Below, in pieces: positions 29,330 to 38,987 of a stretch of 64,000 nt of DNA. The notes beneath the pieces are model-generated. The model saw only the letters and a list, made by a program, of their open reading frames with translations. It searched no databases and was not told the DNA's origin. This stretch comes from a virus, in the IMG/VR virus record IMGVR_UViG_3300021378_000004; one strand, written 5' to 3'. The translations under genes and the position numbers were made by a program. Within the stretch, counting starts at the first letter, position 1, and the number at the start of each line of letters is the position of its first letter.

Positions 29330-29997
29330 TAGCAAAATTAATTTCATATAGTAAACCATCTGAGTTTGAAGCGTATCAAGATGAATGGAATATAAAATCT
29401 TGTCAAGATCTTATAGCATATTGTGCTAGAGTTTCTAATCCATCTGGTCAAGAAAACACAGCAACAAATGAAAAACTTTTAAAATATTTGATTAAACATC
29501 AGCATTGGTCACCGTTTGAAATGGCGAGTGCTTGTATTGAAATCAATACAACTAGAGATATAGCAAGGCAGATATTAAGACACCGCAGTTTTAGTTTCCA
29601 AGAGTTTAGTCAAAGATATGCAAATCCAGTAAAGGAGTTAGAATTTGTCACACGAGAAGCGAGAATGCAAGATAATAAGAATAGACAAAGTAGTATCGAA
29701 GTTGATGACGAAGCTTTCCAACTCGATTGGGAAAGAGAACAGCAAAGAGTTATCTGGATGTGTAGGCAAGTTTACAATACAGCCATCAAAAAAGGAATTG
29801 CAAAAGAAGTTGCTAGAGCAGTTTTACCAGAAGGATTAACTACATCTAGATTATATATGAATGGTACTATAAGAAGTTGGATTCATTTTATTGAATTAAG
29901 ATCTTCTAATGGTACTCAAAAAGAATGTAGTGAAGTTGCTATGGCATGTGCACAAGCGATATCAAAAATATTTTCAATGGAAGAATTTATAAAATGA
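29326..29997 (+). CDS. thyX: Flavin-dependent thymidylate synthase ThyX
   Basis: HWSPFE, RQILRHRSFSFQEFSQRY, ARAVLP. Confidence 0.96.
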   Translation: MIAKLISYSKPSEFEAYQDEWNIKSCQDLIAYCARVSNPSGQENTATNEKLLKYLIKHQHWSPFEMASACIEINTTRDIARQILRHRSFSFQEFSQRYANPVKELEFVTREARMQDNKNRQSSIEVDDEAFQLDWEREQQRVIWMCRQVYNTAIKKGIAKEVARAVLPEGLTTSRLYMNGTIRSWIHFIELRSSNGTQKECSEVAMACAQAISKIFSMEEFIK

Positions 29998-30176
29998 AAA
30001 AACTATGGCATGTGTGGTGCAAAGCAATGGGAAGTAAAGCTTATGACAATAATAAAAAAGATGATCATATTCATAATACCCTTAGAACGTTTTGGGTACT
30101 ATTGCATATATTAACATGCCTAGCTATTATTCTTAATGCAATACAAAATCATGGAAAAGAATTAATATTTTTATAA
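29995..30176 (+). CDS. Small membrane protein
   Basis: MKKLWHVWCKAMG... with one hydrophobic segment. Confidence 0.55.
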
Positions 30177-30190
30177 AGAAGGATTTAACA

Positions 30191-30328
30191 ATGGGTAATA
30201 AGTATACACAAGATATGACTGGAACTGGTGATCACATTGAAATGGATGACGAAAAAGAACCGGAAAGATATTATGATTGGATGCTTTGGAAATTAAAGCA
30301 AGAAGAAAATAAAGGTGATAGTAGTTAA
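30191..30328 (+). CDS. Small hypothetical protein (45 aa, not in ORF track)
   Basis: AAGGA SD; MGNKYTQDMTGTGDHIEMDDEKEPERYYDWMLWKLK... Confidence 0.5.
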   Translation: MGNKYTQDMTGTGDHIEMDDEKEPERYYDWMLWKLKQEENKGDSS

Positions 30329-30376
30329 CATGTTATGTTTGTTTTCCTTTACTTTTAGAGAAAAGTATGGTATAAT
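30325..30376 (+). promoter_or_regulatory. AACATGTT palindrome plus early promoter
   Basis: TTAACATGTTA at 30325; TTTACT-N17-TATAAT 30348-30376. Confidence 0.75.
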
Positions 30377-30387
30377 ATACTTATAAA

Positions 30388-30612
30388 ATGAAAAAAGGAC
30401 TTTATATGACTCAATCAATCACCAAAATAAACTATAACTTTGACATACCACACGATATTTCTATCACAGATTTCTTAACTGTTTTAAACGATTTTCAACT
30501 TACTCTAATCTCATCCATACCAATAGGACCTGCTGGGGGAAATCCAAATATTACTATTTCTGCCACTCCAACATCCATTACGGCTTTTAAACACTTCTTA
30601 TCTAAAACATAA
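30388..30612 (+). CDS. Hypothetical early protein (G-poor coding strand)
   Basis: Single gene between two promoter repeats; GPAGGNP motif. Confidence 0.6.
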   Translation: MKKGLYMTQSITKINYNFDIPHDISITDFLTVLNDFQLTLISSIPIGPAGGNPNITISATPTSITAFKHFLSKT

Positions 30613-30619
30613 GATTTAT

Positions 30620-30691
30620 TTAACATGTTCATAACAAACTTTAAAATAAGTGAAAAAAAAGGTGTACATTTACTTAAAAATGGTGTATAAT
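30620..30691 (+). promoter_or_regulatory. AACATGTT palindrome plus early promoter
   Basis: TTAACATGTT at 30620; TGTACA-N17-TATAAT 30663-30691. Confidence 0.75.
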
Positions 30692-30702
30692 AATACTATA
30701 AA

Positions 30703-31008
30703 ATGAAAAAAGCGGAGAATACTAAAATGGGAATACACATTGGAAAGCACAAAAGATCAACATCATGGATTGGTAGGTTCGATCCTAAAGATCCAAGAGA
30801 TATGGCTGAATTTGCAATGGTTAAACAAATCGTTAAAGCTTGTAATTCGCCTAATATGAAATTTAGAGTAGAGAAAAAAGGTAGGAAACCAACCAATGGT
30901 TTTACTTACTTTGGTGATTGTGTAGGTGGTATTAAGAATGCTACACTATGGGATGTGTATGTTTATAAACGTACGTACGATTATTATAATCAAAGGAGAA
31001 TTGGATAA
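30703..31008 (+). CDS. Hypothetical early protein
   Basis: GCGGAG SD; coupled to rnh. Confidence 0.6.
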   Translation: MKKAENTKMGIHIGKHKRSTSWIGRFDPKDPRDMAEFAMVKQIVKACNSPNMKFRVEKKGRKPTNGFTYFGDCVGGIKNATLWDVYVYKRTYDYYNQRRIG

Positions 31009-31862
31009 TGATTATTGTTGATTACAGTGGTATTGCACTAGCTAGTATTATTATTAATAAAACTAATGACGAAGATATGATTCGTCATATGATACTAAAT
31101 TCGCTACGAATGTATCATAAAAGATACAAAAATGAATATGGTGAAATGGTTCTTGCTGTAGATGCTGCAAATAACTGGCGTAGATCAGTGTTTCCGCAAT
31201 ACAAAGCCAGTCGTAAGAAAAACAGAAAAGAATCTACATTTGATTGGAATGAAGCATTTCGTTTACTTAATCTAGTAAGAGAAGAAATTGCAGAAAACTT
31301 TCCATATAAAGTTATCAGAGTTGATAAATGTGAAGCCGATGATGTTATTGGTACTATTGTTGCTGATAAATCTACGGTACAATTTAATGTAGAAAAAATT
31401 ATGATTGTTTCTTCAGATAGAGATTTCTTACAATTACAAAGATTTCCTAATGTAAAGCAGTTCTCGCCTCTTCTTAAGAAAGAACTTAAAGAAGATAATG
31501 CTAGATATTATTTATTTAATCATATTATACGTGGTGATAAAAGCGATGGTGTACCAAACATTTTATCTAATGACGATACATTTGTAGAAGGTTTCAGACA
31601 AACGCCTATGTCTCAAAAGAAAGTAGATGGTATCATAGAAGATCTAGAGCAAGGTGAATTACTATATGCTGCTTCTTGGTATCGTAACTATTTAAGAAAT
31701 GAAAGATTAATTGCCCTTAGCGAAACGCCACAAGAGCTAAAAAATGAAATTATAAATACATATGAAAAACAAGATCCTTGGTCTAACAAAAGTAAAGTAT
31801 TACCTTACTTAATTGCCAAGCGTTGTAATAATTTGATTGAAAGTGTACAGGAGTTTATTTAA
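31008..31862 (+). CDS. rnh: RNase H / 5'-3' exonuclease
   Basis: IIVDYS, WRR...YKASR, EADDVI, SSDRDFLQL, GDKSDGVPN. Confidence 0.95.
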   Translation: MIIVDYSGIALASIIINKTNDEDMIRHMILNSLRMYHKRYKNEYGEMVLAVDAANNWRRSVFPQYKASRKKNRKESTFDWNEAFRLLNLVREEIAENFPYKVIRVDKCEADDVIGTIVADKSTVQFNVEKIMIVSSDRDFLQLQRFPNVKQFSPLLKKELKEDNARYYLFNHIIRGDKSDGVPNILSNDDTFVEGFRQTPMSQKKVDGIIEDLEQGELLYAASWYRNYLRNERLIALSETPQELKNEIINTYEKQDPWSNKSKVLPYLIAKRCNNLIESVQEFI

Positions 31863-32278
31863 TGAAACAATATGTTTTTGAAGTCTTAGAAGAAATGGCT
31901 AAGCAAAGAAGTCGTGATGATAAAGTTCGTGTTTTAAAAGAAAACGATACATGGGCTTTGAAAGATATCATAAGAGGATCGATGGATACTAAAATTGTAT
32001 GGAATTTGCCTGAAGGCGAACCACCTTATACTGCTGCAGCAGCGCATAGTCATCCAACTAATTTAACAAGACGAAATGGAGATTTTAAATATTTTGTTAA
32101 AGGTGGCCAAGGCGACGCGTTGCCAAAATTTAAAAGAGAGCAAATATTCATAGGAATACTTGAAGGTATTCATCCAGAAGACGCTAAGCTTGTTATTAAT
32201 ATGATTAATAAAAAGAAAATCCCTGGAATTTCTAGACCAGTTGTAGATGAAGCTTTTCCAAAATTACTTACAGATTAA
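31862..32278 (+). CDS. Conserved T4-like hypothetical protein
   Basis: WNLPEGEPPY, KREQIFIGILEGIHPEDA, AFP; commonly follows rnh. Confidence 0.7.
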   Translation: MKQYVFEVLEEMAKQRSRDDKVRVLKENDTWALKDIIRGSMDTKIVWNLPEGEPPYTAAAAHSHPTNLTRRNGDFKYFVKGGQGDALPKFKREQIFIGILEGIHPEDAKLVINMINKKKIPGISRPVVDEAFPKLLTD

Positions 32279-32306
32279 AATTTTAAATCAATTCAAAAAA
32301 CAACTG

Positions 32307-32335
32307 TGTACAAACTGCAAAAAACATGGTATAAT
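32307..32335 (+). promoter_or_regulatory. Early promoter
   Basis: TGTACA-N17-TATAAT. Confidence 0.75.
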
Positions 32336-32362
32336 TAATATATTATTTAAGAAGGTGAAAGT

Positions 32363-32923
32363 ATGAATATTTTTGTGTTAGACAACGACCCAACAACAGC
32401 TGCAACTATGATGTGTGACAAACACATACCTAAAATGATTATCGAAGCAGCACAAATGCTATGTACATCTCACAGGTTACTTGACGGTACACCTGAAAGA
32501 CGTAGGTCAAAGTCTGGCAAAACTATGCAACAGTATTATACATTTGGTGATCAACGTGATGATATATATTATGCAGCAGTGCATAAGTATCATCCGTGCA
32601 CAGTATGGACTATGGAAAGTCTACAAAACTACAATTGGCATTACACGCACTTTGTAGGTCTAGCCACCGAGTTTGAATTTCGTAGAAAGAAAAAACATGC
32701 AACTTTCGAAAAGCTTGGTGAAGTTCTTGTTAAACCCCCTATAAATATACCGGATGTTGGTCTTACAGAATTTGCGCAAGCAATGTCTCAATACCCAGAT
32801 TGTATAGTTCCTGGCAATGCTGTTCAAGCATACAGAAATTACTATCACACAGCTAAAGAATTTGCTAAATGGGATTGGGGTCGACCAGCGCCTGATTGGT
32901 GGAAAGGATATCAAGGTGCCTAA
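32363..32923 (+). CDS. Pyrimidine-dimer DNA glycosylase (DenV)-like protein
   Basis: MNIFVLD...CDKHIPKMIIEAAQML, HPCTVW, AYRNYY. Confidence 0.7.
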   Translation: MNIFVLDNDPTTAATMMCDKHIPKMIIEAAQMLCTSHRLLDGTPERRRSKSGKTMQQYYTFGDQRDDIYYAAVHKYHPCTVWTMESLQNYNWHYTHFVGLATEFEFRRKKKHATFEKLGEVLVKPPINIPDVGLTEFAQAMSQYPDCIVPGNAVQAYRNYYHTAKEFAKWDWGRPAPDWWKGYQGA

Positions 32924-33146
32924 GTATACAGTAAAACCTCTAGAAGAGGGTGATGAATACGAAATAGATATTAAGTCAGATGAATTACAGGCTTATCTTA
33001 AAGAAAATAATTGTATTAAAGTTCTTACGTTTCCAAATATTGTTTCTGGTCAAGGAAGTTTATTGTCAAAGACTGACAATGGCTGGAAAGATAATCTCGC
33101 TAGAATTAAAGAAAATTCTGGTAGAGGTAACACAATAAAGACATAG
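32916..33146 (+). CDS. Small conserved protein (FmdB-like N-terminus, GTG start)
   Basis: MPKYTVK...KTDNGWKDNLARIK. Confidence 0.55.
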   Translation: MPKYTVKPLEEGDEYEIDIKSDELQAYLKENNCIKVLTFPNIVSGQGSLLSKTDNGWKDNLARIKENSGRGNTIKT

Positions 33147-33155
33147 GAATAATTA

Positions 33156-33422
33156 ATGAATACATTTTTTATAGTAGTAACATTTGTAATGGCATCAGCT
33201 ACTCAGCTTGATAGACCACTATATGTATTTGCTAAACCTAATTTTGATGAGTATATGCAATGTTGGAATTACGTACAAGCAAATAACATGAATATATATA
33301 GAGCTGCAGCTAATGAATATAACTTTAAACATAAGCCTGAAGCTATATTTTGCGTTAACCAAGAAGCAATAAAGGAAATATTTAATTATAATGCACCAAC
33401 AATTGAAAAGAAAAATATTTAG
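33156..33422 (+). CDS. Hypothetical exported protein
   Basis: Hydrophobic N-terminus and two Cys. Confidence 0.55.
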   Translation: MNTFFIVVTFVMASATQLDRPLYVFAKPNFDEYMQCWNYVQANNMNIYRAAANEYNFKHKPEAIFCVNQEAIKEIFNYNAPTIEKKNI

Positions 33423-34083
33423 CCATGACACGATTGATATCGGTTATCAAGACTTGGACGCTACAACTACAAAATCAGGCAGAACTTATAATACTCCTGA
33501 TGGTAAGTCTTATCCTAGTATCACAACAGTTCTAAGCATACTCAGTGAAGATGCTATAAGAGCTTGGCGTGAACGCGTAGGTGTAGAACAAGCTGATATG
33601 ATTAGTGGCAAAGCATCTAGACGCGGGACAAAGGTTCATAGCATATTAGAAAAGTATTTAAATAATGAAGATACATCAAAAGAATTACCGCACATCAGAC
33701 AAAGCCTTGCAAATCTCAAACCTATACTTGATGAAAGTATTGGAACGATATTCGGTCTCGAGGTGCCTTTATTTAGTCATCATTTACAATTAGCTGGAAG
33801 ATGCGATTGCATCGCACAGTTTAATGGCGTACCCTCAATAATTGATTTTAAAACTTCTAAATATATTAAGAAGAAAGAAAGAATCACAAACTATTTCGCG
33901 CAAGGTGCAGCATATGCTATCATGTACGAAGAAAGAACGGGAATGAAAATACCCAATATAGTAATTATAATGGATGTTGATCATGAAAAACCGTGTGTGT
34001 TCGTAGAACATAGAGATAACTGGACTAAACTATTAGAGGATACGATTGATGAATATAGAAAACGAAAGATGTTTGGACACTAA
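33391..34083 (+). CDS. PD-(D/E)xK exonuclease
   Basis: YPSITTVL, RGTKVH, AGRCDCI, IIDFKTS, QGAAYA. Confidence 0.88.
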   Translation: MHQQLKRKIFSHDTIDIGYQDLDATTTKSGRTYNTPDGKSYPSITTVLSILSEDAIRAWRERVGVEQADMISGKASRRGTKVHSILEKYLNNEDTSKELPHIRQSLANLKPILDESIGTIFGLEVPLFSHHLQLAGRCDCIAQFNGVPSIIDFKTSKYIKKKERITNYFAQGAAYAIMYEERTGMKIPNIVIIMDVDHEKPCVFVEHRDNWTKLLEDTIDEYRKRKMFGH

Positions 34084-34330
34084 TATGCCAATAGGTTTAA
34101 CAATGATTGTTCAACTAAGATTTGAGTTTGAAGAACTCACTAAAAGCTATAATATGAAAGTATCTGGTTCGGATATAAATACAATAGAATGGTTTATTGA
34201 AAATGGCCACAGGTCAAATTCACTTCGTAATGGATTTAATGATGCATTAACAATAGCGAAGGTAATAAAGGAGTTCTACGATGGCCGAAGAAGAAATGAA
34301 ACAACCGGGCTTTCATCCCGCAGATACTAA
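34046..34330 (+). CDS. Hypothetical protein
   Basis: ORF fills the gap between neighbours. Confidence 0.5.
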   Translation: MMNIENERCLDTNMPIGLTMIVQLRFEFEELTKSYNMKVSGSDINTIEWFIENGHRSNSLRNGFNDALTIAKVIKEFYDGRRRNETTGLSSRRY

Positions 34331-34628
34331 TGGTGATGGCATTGTAACTGACGAAGAGCAGGCAATGTATTTGGAGTTTAAAAGAAAAGAAATGGAAGAC
34401 GCAGACGCACAAAGAGATGCTATTAGAAAAATGGCATGGTTTGCTTTATTTGGATTATTATTATATCCAATTGCAATATTTCTGACTTCATTACTTGGAT
34501 TATCTGAGGCTGCAGGATTAATTGCCGATATTGCACCAACATATTTTGCATCTATTGCTGTTTTAGTTTCAGCATTCTTTGGCGCTGATGCATTAAAAGG
34601 TAAGGCAAGTAAACCGACTAAAAAGTAA
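34281..34628 (+). CDS. Two-TM membrane protein with an N-terminal EF-hand-like loop (holin-like)
   Basis: ADTNGDGIVTDEE; two hydrophobic helices; basic C-terminus. Confidence 0.6.
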   Translation: MAEEEMKQPGFHPADTNGDGIVTDEEQAMYLEFKRKEMEDADAQRDAIRKMAWFALFGLLLYPIAIFLTSLLGLSEAAGLIADIAPTYFASIAVLVSAFFGADALKGKASKPTKK

Positions 34629-34645
34629 AATAAGAGGATTTTGTT

Positions 34646-35455
34646 ATGAAAAGATTGATATATCAAGTTTATACTGGTAAAAAATCGAGGCTATATGATC
34701 ACTGTACAGCCTCGGTTAAAGCCTATTGCAATGAACTTAATACTAAAGAAAAACCTCAAAATCGCGTTGACTATATAGTTCAAACAATTCCAAAAATGAT
34801 GATTAAACCAGACGTATTTGCCACAAATCGTAGTAAAGAGTCATATGAAAAATATGGTGGATTTTTACCAATATATGAAAAAGAAAATGCATTTGATTAT
34901 TGGGATAAGTACGATCAAATAGCGATTATAGATGCTGATATATGGATAAGACCAGGTTCTCCTAATATATTTGATGAACTAAAACCTGAAACTGATTTTG
35001 CTGGAATGGTCGAAAGGTCAGCACCAATTTTACCTTGGTATCAACAAAAATTAACTGGTTATACTAGAATGCAATATAGTAGTTTAAATGATGTTGATTG
35101 GAAATGGAATAACTCTGGTGGTCATTTTTATAATATGGGTTTAATGGTATTAGATAGAAATATTGTAAAATATTTAAAAGGACAAACAGGAAAACAATTT
35201 ATAGAAAGAAGCGAGTTTAAAAGATTTGTTGATGGCTTAGGTGCATGGAAATGGAGTACAGACCAAACTCTTTTAAACTATTGGGTAAAAAAAGAAAATA
35301 TGGTACAAAAAGAATTAAGTTGGAAATGGAATGCATTGTATACAGCAATACCAAATGAAAAAATAAAAGAAGCTTATTTTGTACATTTCTTTCTTAAAGA
35401 CAAATTACCAAACGGTGGTGAAAACGTAAATGAATTAATGGAGATCGTGCAGTGA
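34646..35455 (+). CDS. GT-A glycosyltransferase
   Basis: IIDAD (DxD), YNMGLMV, DQTLLNY, WKWN, FVHF. Confidence 0.8.
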   Translation: MKRLIYQVYTGKKSRLYDHCTASVKAYCNELNTKEKPQNRVDYIVQTIPKMMIKPDVFATNRSKESYEKYGGFLPIYEKENAFDYWDKYDQIAIIDADIWIRPGSPNIFDELKPETDFAGMVERSAPILPWYQQKLTGYTRMQYSSLNDVDWKWNNSGGHFYNMGLMVLDRNIVKYLKGQTGKQFIERSEFKRFVDGLGAWKWSTDQTLLNYWVKKENMVQKELSWKWNALYTAIPNEKIKEAYFVHFFLKDKLPNGGENVNELMEIVQ

Positions 35456-35793
35456 AAATACAAATTGAAATAAGTATGGCTGAATATATAGATAGATATT
35501 CAATATTATTAATAAAGGAAAATAACGAATTAGATGTTTCAAAAGAGATGAGTCAATACGAAAGTCTTGATTTAGAATATCCGGGATTTGATTATTATCT
35601 AAGCATTATGACATCAATTAATGAACAATTGTGGGATTTAGAAGATCTTAAAAGAAAAGGCGTAGAAAGATTTAGTAAAGAAGAATCTGATACTGCATTT
35701 CTTATTACTCAAATAAATGATTTAAGACATGAAACTAAAAAACGTATTGATACGTTCTTTGGAAGCAATTTTACAGAGAAGAAAAGTCATTGA
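35452..35793 (+). CDS. Hypothetical protein of glycosylation clusters
   Basis: E..D...IL.IK, NEQLWDLED, NDLRH..K, EKKS pattern. Confidence 0.6.
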   Translation: MKIQIEISMAEYIDRYSILLIKENNELDVSKEMSQYESLDLEYPGFDYYLSIMTSINEQLWDLEDLKRKGVERFSKEESDTAFLITQINDLRHETKKRIDTFFGSNFTEKKSH

Positions 35794-36560
35794 AACATAT
35801 AGCCTTAAGATCTAAAAGCATAAGAAGCGGTGATAGACCTTATACCACTCCTGGATTAGGCGACAGATCTCACAGTTTACTGTTGGCATATCAATATGGA
35901 AAAGCACACAATACTCCTGTAACAATTCACATTACAGATGATAAATGGAGTATTGCTGGTGGTGTGCCTTCTGCCAAAAAGAAAAAATCATGGATAGAGC
36001 TTATGAGTCTATTTCCAGCTGGTGCAGTTTATTTAGAACCACATCCTGTTGAAAATTTACCAGAAGTTGATTGGATTAAATATCTAAAAGCAAAAGGTAT
36101 TGATGCATACATTTATCATTATGCAGATACAATTCATATGCATCCTAATGAGACTCGTGTTGGTATTGAAATGTCACAATATATAAAGGAGTCACCTAAG
36201 TTAAAACCTATTGTTGATAATGGTTGGCTGCCAGATGAATTTATTACTGTACAGTGGGATTCTACTGATTCACAAAGAACAATACCAGAAGCAATGAGAA
36301 AAGAAATACACGATAAGTATGGATGTCCAGCATTATATGTAGGTGGCGAAGGTAAGGGACTATTAAAAAGTTCAATACCACATATTGGATTAGCAATGGC
36401 AAACGCAAAGTTCCATGTTGGTAGTGATTCTGGTATGATGCATGTTGCTCAACTATATATGAATTATGAAGACATACATATATATGACAGACCGGGCTCA
36501 TATAGGTCTCATCATTTAGTAAGAGCAATTAATAATGGAAGTAAATATTTTAAGGTATAA
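35790..36560 (+). CDS. GT9/heptosyltransferase-like glycosyltransferase
   Basis: GLGD near the N-terminus; FHVGSDSGMMHVA. Confidence 0.7.
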   Translation: MKHIALRSKSIRSGDRPYTTPGLGDRSHSLLLAYQYGKAHNTPVTIHITDDKWSIAGGVPSAKKKKSWIELMSLFPAGAVYLEPHPVENLPEVDWIKYLKAKGIDAYIYHYADTIHMHPNETRVGIEMSQYIKESPKLKPIVDNGWLPDEFITVQWDSTDSQRTIPEAMRKEIHDKYGCPALYVGGEGKGLLKSSIPHIGLAMANAKFHVGSDSGMMHVAQLYMNYEDIHIYDRPGSYRSHHLVRAINNGSKYFKV

Positions 36561-36565
36561 TTATC

Positions 36566-37168
36566 ATGATGGCAACTCACACAAATAAAGACTCTCGCAA
36601 TTTAATGCACGTAATAAAACCTAATACTGTTGGTGCAGAAATTGGTGTTTGGTTTGGTAATACATCAACACAATTTTTAAAAAAAGGTTTAAAAAAACTA
36701 TACATGGTTGATCCGTATTCTGTTGAACCATATAAAGAAAACTCAGAAATGACGTATCAAGAATATCTTGCAAAATATCAACCAATTACTGGAGAATTTG
36801 CAGAAGTAGGTTTTCAAAAATATTATGATAAAGTTTATGCAGAAATTAATTCAAGATTTAGAACATACAAAGAAGTTGAAATCTGCCGTATGTTGTCTGG
36901 CGAATGGTTTAAAAAATATAGTGACGTTGAGTTAGACTGGATCTATATTGATGGCGATCATTCATACGAAGGATGCTTAAGTGATTTAGAAAATGCATTA
37001 AAAGCAGTAAAAGCAGGCGGTCTTATATTAGGTGATGATTATGGTTGGCCTAATAATAAATGGAATAAACCAGGTGTAACAAAAGCAGTTAACGAATTTA
37101 TAAATACCAATAACTTAACTAATAGCATGTTTAGACATGGTGAAACACAATTTGAGATAAGAATATGA
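36566..37168 (+). CDS. Class I SAM methyltransferase (Methyltransf_24-like)
   Basis: GAEIGVWFG, VDPY, DWIYIDGDHSYE, GDDY. Confidence 0.88.
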   Translation: MMATHTNKDSRNLMHVIKPNTVGAEIGVWFGNTSTQFLKKGLKKLYMVDPYSVEPYKENSEMTYQEYLAKYQPITGEFAEVGFQKYYDKVYAEINSRFRTYKEVEICRMLSGEWFKKYSDVELDWIYIDGDHSYEGCLSDLENALKAVKAGGLILGDDYGWPNNKWNKPGVTKAVNEFINTNNLTNSMFRHGETQFEIRI

Positions 37169-38253
37169 AAAAATATACAGTTACTTATGAAGTAGATGGT
37201 CCAGATATTGCAAAAATAGCACATGAAATTGCTATTGGGCAAAGTATAGGAAATCCAAATATTAGATCTGAAATAGAAAACGCAACAAATGTAAAAGATT
37301 ATATAGCGCAAGTTAAAAGCATAGATAAAAATATCGTTGTTATAGAATTCCCTTTAGGTGCATTTGATTGGCCAAATATTAATCAATTGATGTGCATCAT
37401 TATGGGTGGTCATACTGATATTTTAGGTGTTGATAGATGTAGAGTAATAGACATAGACATACCAATTAAAACAATTGAACCACTTTTAGGTATGAGCGGA
37501 TGGAAAAAAAGATTAAATGCAGAAAATAGACCATTATTTGGCGCTATTGTTAAGCCTAAGTCTGGTCTTAATAAAGAACAGTTGTTATCTTTAGTTAAAG
37601 ATATGATGTATGGCGGAGCAGATTTTATTAAAGAAGATGAGATCATGGCAAATAACTCTTATTTACCTCTGCAAGAAAGAATTGATGCTATTGAACATCT
37701 TAAAACAATATCTGGTTGGAAAGGTTTTTACGCTTATTGTATTAACGCTGATCCTTTAGAGTTAGTAGACAACTGTGCAGCAGTAAAAATGGCTACAAGT
37801 AGTGAAGGAACTGTTGGCGGTGTGCATATTAACTTTTGGTCTGGACTTGGTGCATATACAACTGCTAGAAAATACTGGATTGCAACACACTACCAAAGAT
37901 CTGGCATACGCATTTTGACTGATCCAAGTAATAAATATTCTTTATCATGGCCAGTTTTAGTAAAATTAGGCTGCATGGCGGGGATTGATAGTATGCATGT
38001 TGGCATGCTAGGTGGATATTATCCAGAAGGTGAAAGCGAAACAGAAACACTTGAAGCAATAAAGATTTGTAATGAGTATAATGTTATTCCTTCGTTAAGT
38101 TGTGGTATGAATCCAGTACTTGCAAGAGAAATTAAAGAACGCATAGGTAACGATTGGATGGGATCAGTTGGCGGTTGGTTACACACTGGTGATGGTACAA
38201 CTGGTAATACTTTGTACCATAAAGTAAAACAAATGAGTGAGGCAATGTTATAA
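37165..38253 (+). CDS. RuBisCO-like protein (form IV)
   Basis: IAIGQSIG, RPLFGAIVKPKSGL, GGADFIKEDE (carbamylation motif), HYQRSG, AGIDSMHVG, SCGM, VGGW. Confidence 0.88.
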   Translation: MKKYTVTYEVDGPDIAKIAHEIAIGQSIGNPNIRSEIENATNVKDYIAQVKSIDKNIVVIEFPLGAFDWPNINQLMCIIMGGHTDILGVDRCRVIDIDIPIKTIEPLLGMSGWKKRLNAENRPLFGAIVKPKSGLNKEQLLSLVKDMMYGGADFIKEDEIMANNSYLPLQERIDAIEHLKTISGWKGFYAYCINADPLELVDNCAAVKMATSSEGTVGGVHINFWSGLGAYTTARKYWIATHYQRSGIRILTDPSNKYSLSWPVLVKLGCMAGIDSMHVGMLGGYYPEGESETETLEAIKICNEYNVIPSLSCGMNPVLAREIKERIGNDWMGSVGGWLHTGDGTTGNTLYHKVKQMSEAML

Positions 38254-38987
38254 TGAAAGTGATACTACCTATGGCTGGAAACGGTCAGAGATTTTTTGAT
38301 GATGGATATGATTTACCTAAACCACTAATAGATATTAAAGGAAAACCAATGTTTAAGCGTGTAGTTGATAACCTACACCTTAATGGAAATGTAAAATTAA
38401 CTTGTATTGTAAGACAAGATCATGTTGACGAATACGACATTGATAAAAGAATAAAAGAGCATTATGAAGATGCTAATGTACTAGTTTCACCAGGTCCAAC
38501 TGAAGGAGCTGCTTGTACAGTAAGATTGGCCACTTCTATGTTTGGTGGCGAGGCTATGATAGTTGCTAATTGCGATCAACTTATGGATTGGGACTATAAA
38601 AAGTTTTACAAAATGATTGAAATGAGTTTATATCCTGGTGGTCTTATACCAGTTTTTGAACCTAATCATAACGAACCAAAACATAGTTACTGTAACGTTG
38701 ATTCTAATGACAACTTATTGCAACTTAAAGAAAAAGAAATTATAAGTGATCTTGCTACAGTTGGTGTCTACTATTTTGGCGATGAAGTTAAATGGATTAA
38801 AGCTCATGAAAAACAAATGGATTCAAATGATAGAACTAATAATGAATTTTATTTAGCTCCAACTTATAATTACTTAGAAGAAAATGTTGGTGTGTTTCGT
38901 GTAAAAAAAATGATAGGTATGGGAACTCCAGAAGAATTAAATGATTTAAAAAATAGTGAATATTGGGATAAACTTGAGTACTTATAA
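38253..38987 (+). CDS. Sugar-phosphate nucleotidyltransferase-like protein
   Basis: PMAGNGQRF, PKPLI, ANCDQ, ATVGVYYF, NEFYLAPTYN, MGTPEEL. Confidence 0.85.
   Translation: MKVILPMAGNGQRFFDDGYDLPKPLIDIKGKPMFKRVVDNLHLNGNVKLTCIVRQDHVDEYDIDKRIKEHYEDANVLVSPGPTEGAACTVRLATSMFGGEAMIVANCDQLMDWDYKKFYKMIEMSLYPGGLIPVFEPNHNEPKHSYCNVDSNDNLLQLKEKEIISDLATVGVYYFGDEVKWIKAHEKQMDSNDRTNNEFYLAPTYNYLEENVGVFRVKKMIGMGTPEELNDLKNSEYWDKLEYL

Noticed and set aside
33391-34083. Cas4 / CRISPR-associated nuclease
   Set aside because: Lacks the four-Cys Fe-S pattern; it is the common T4-like PD-(D/E)xK exonuclease
37165-38253. Carbon-fixing RuBisCO
   Set aside because: Short (362 aa), KEDE rather than KDDE, no small subunit or phosphoribulokinase nearby, glycan context; fits form IV
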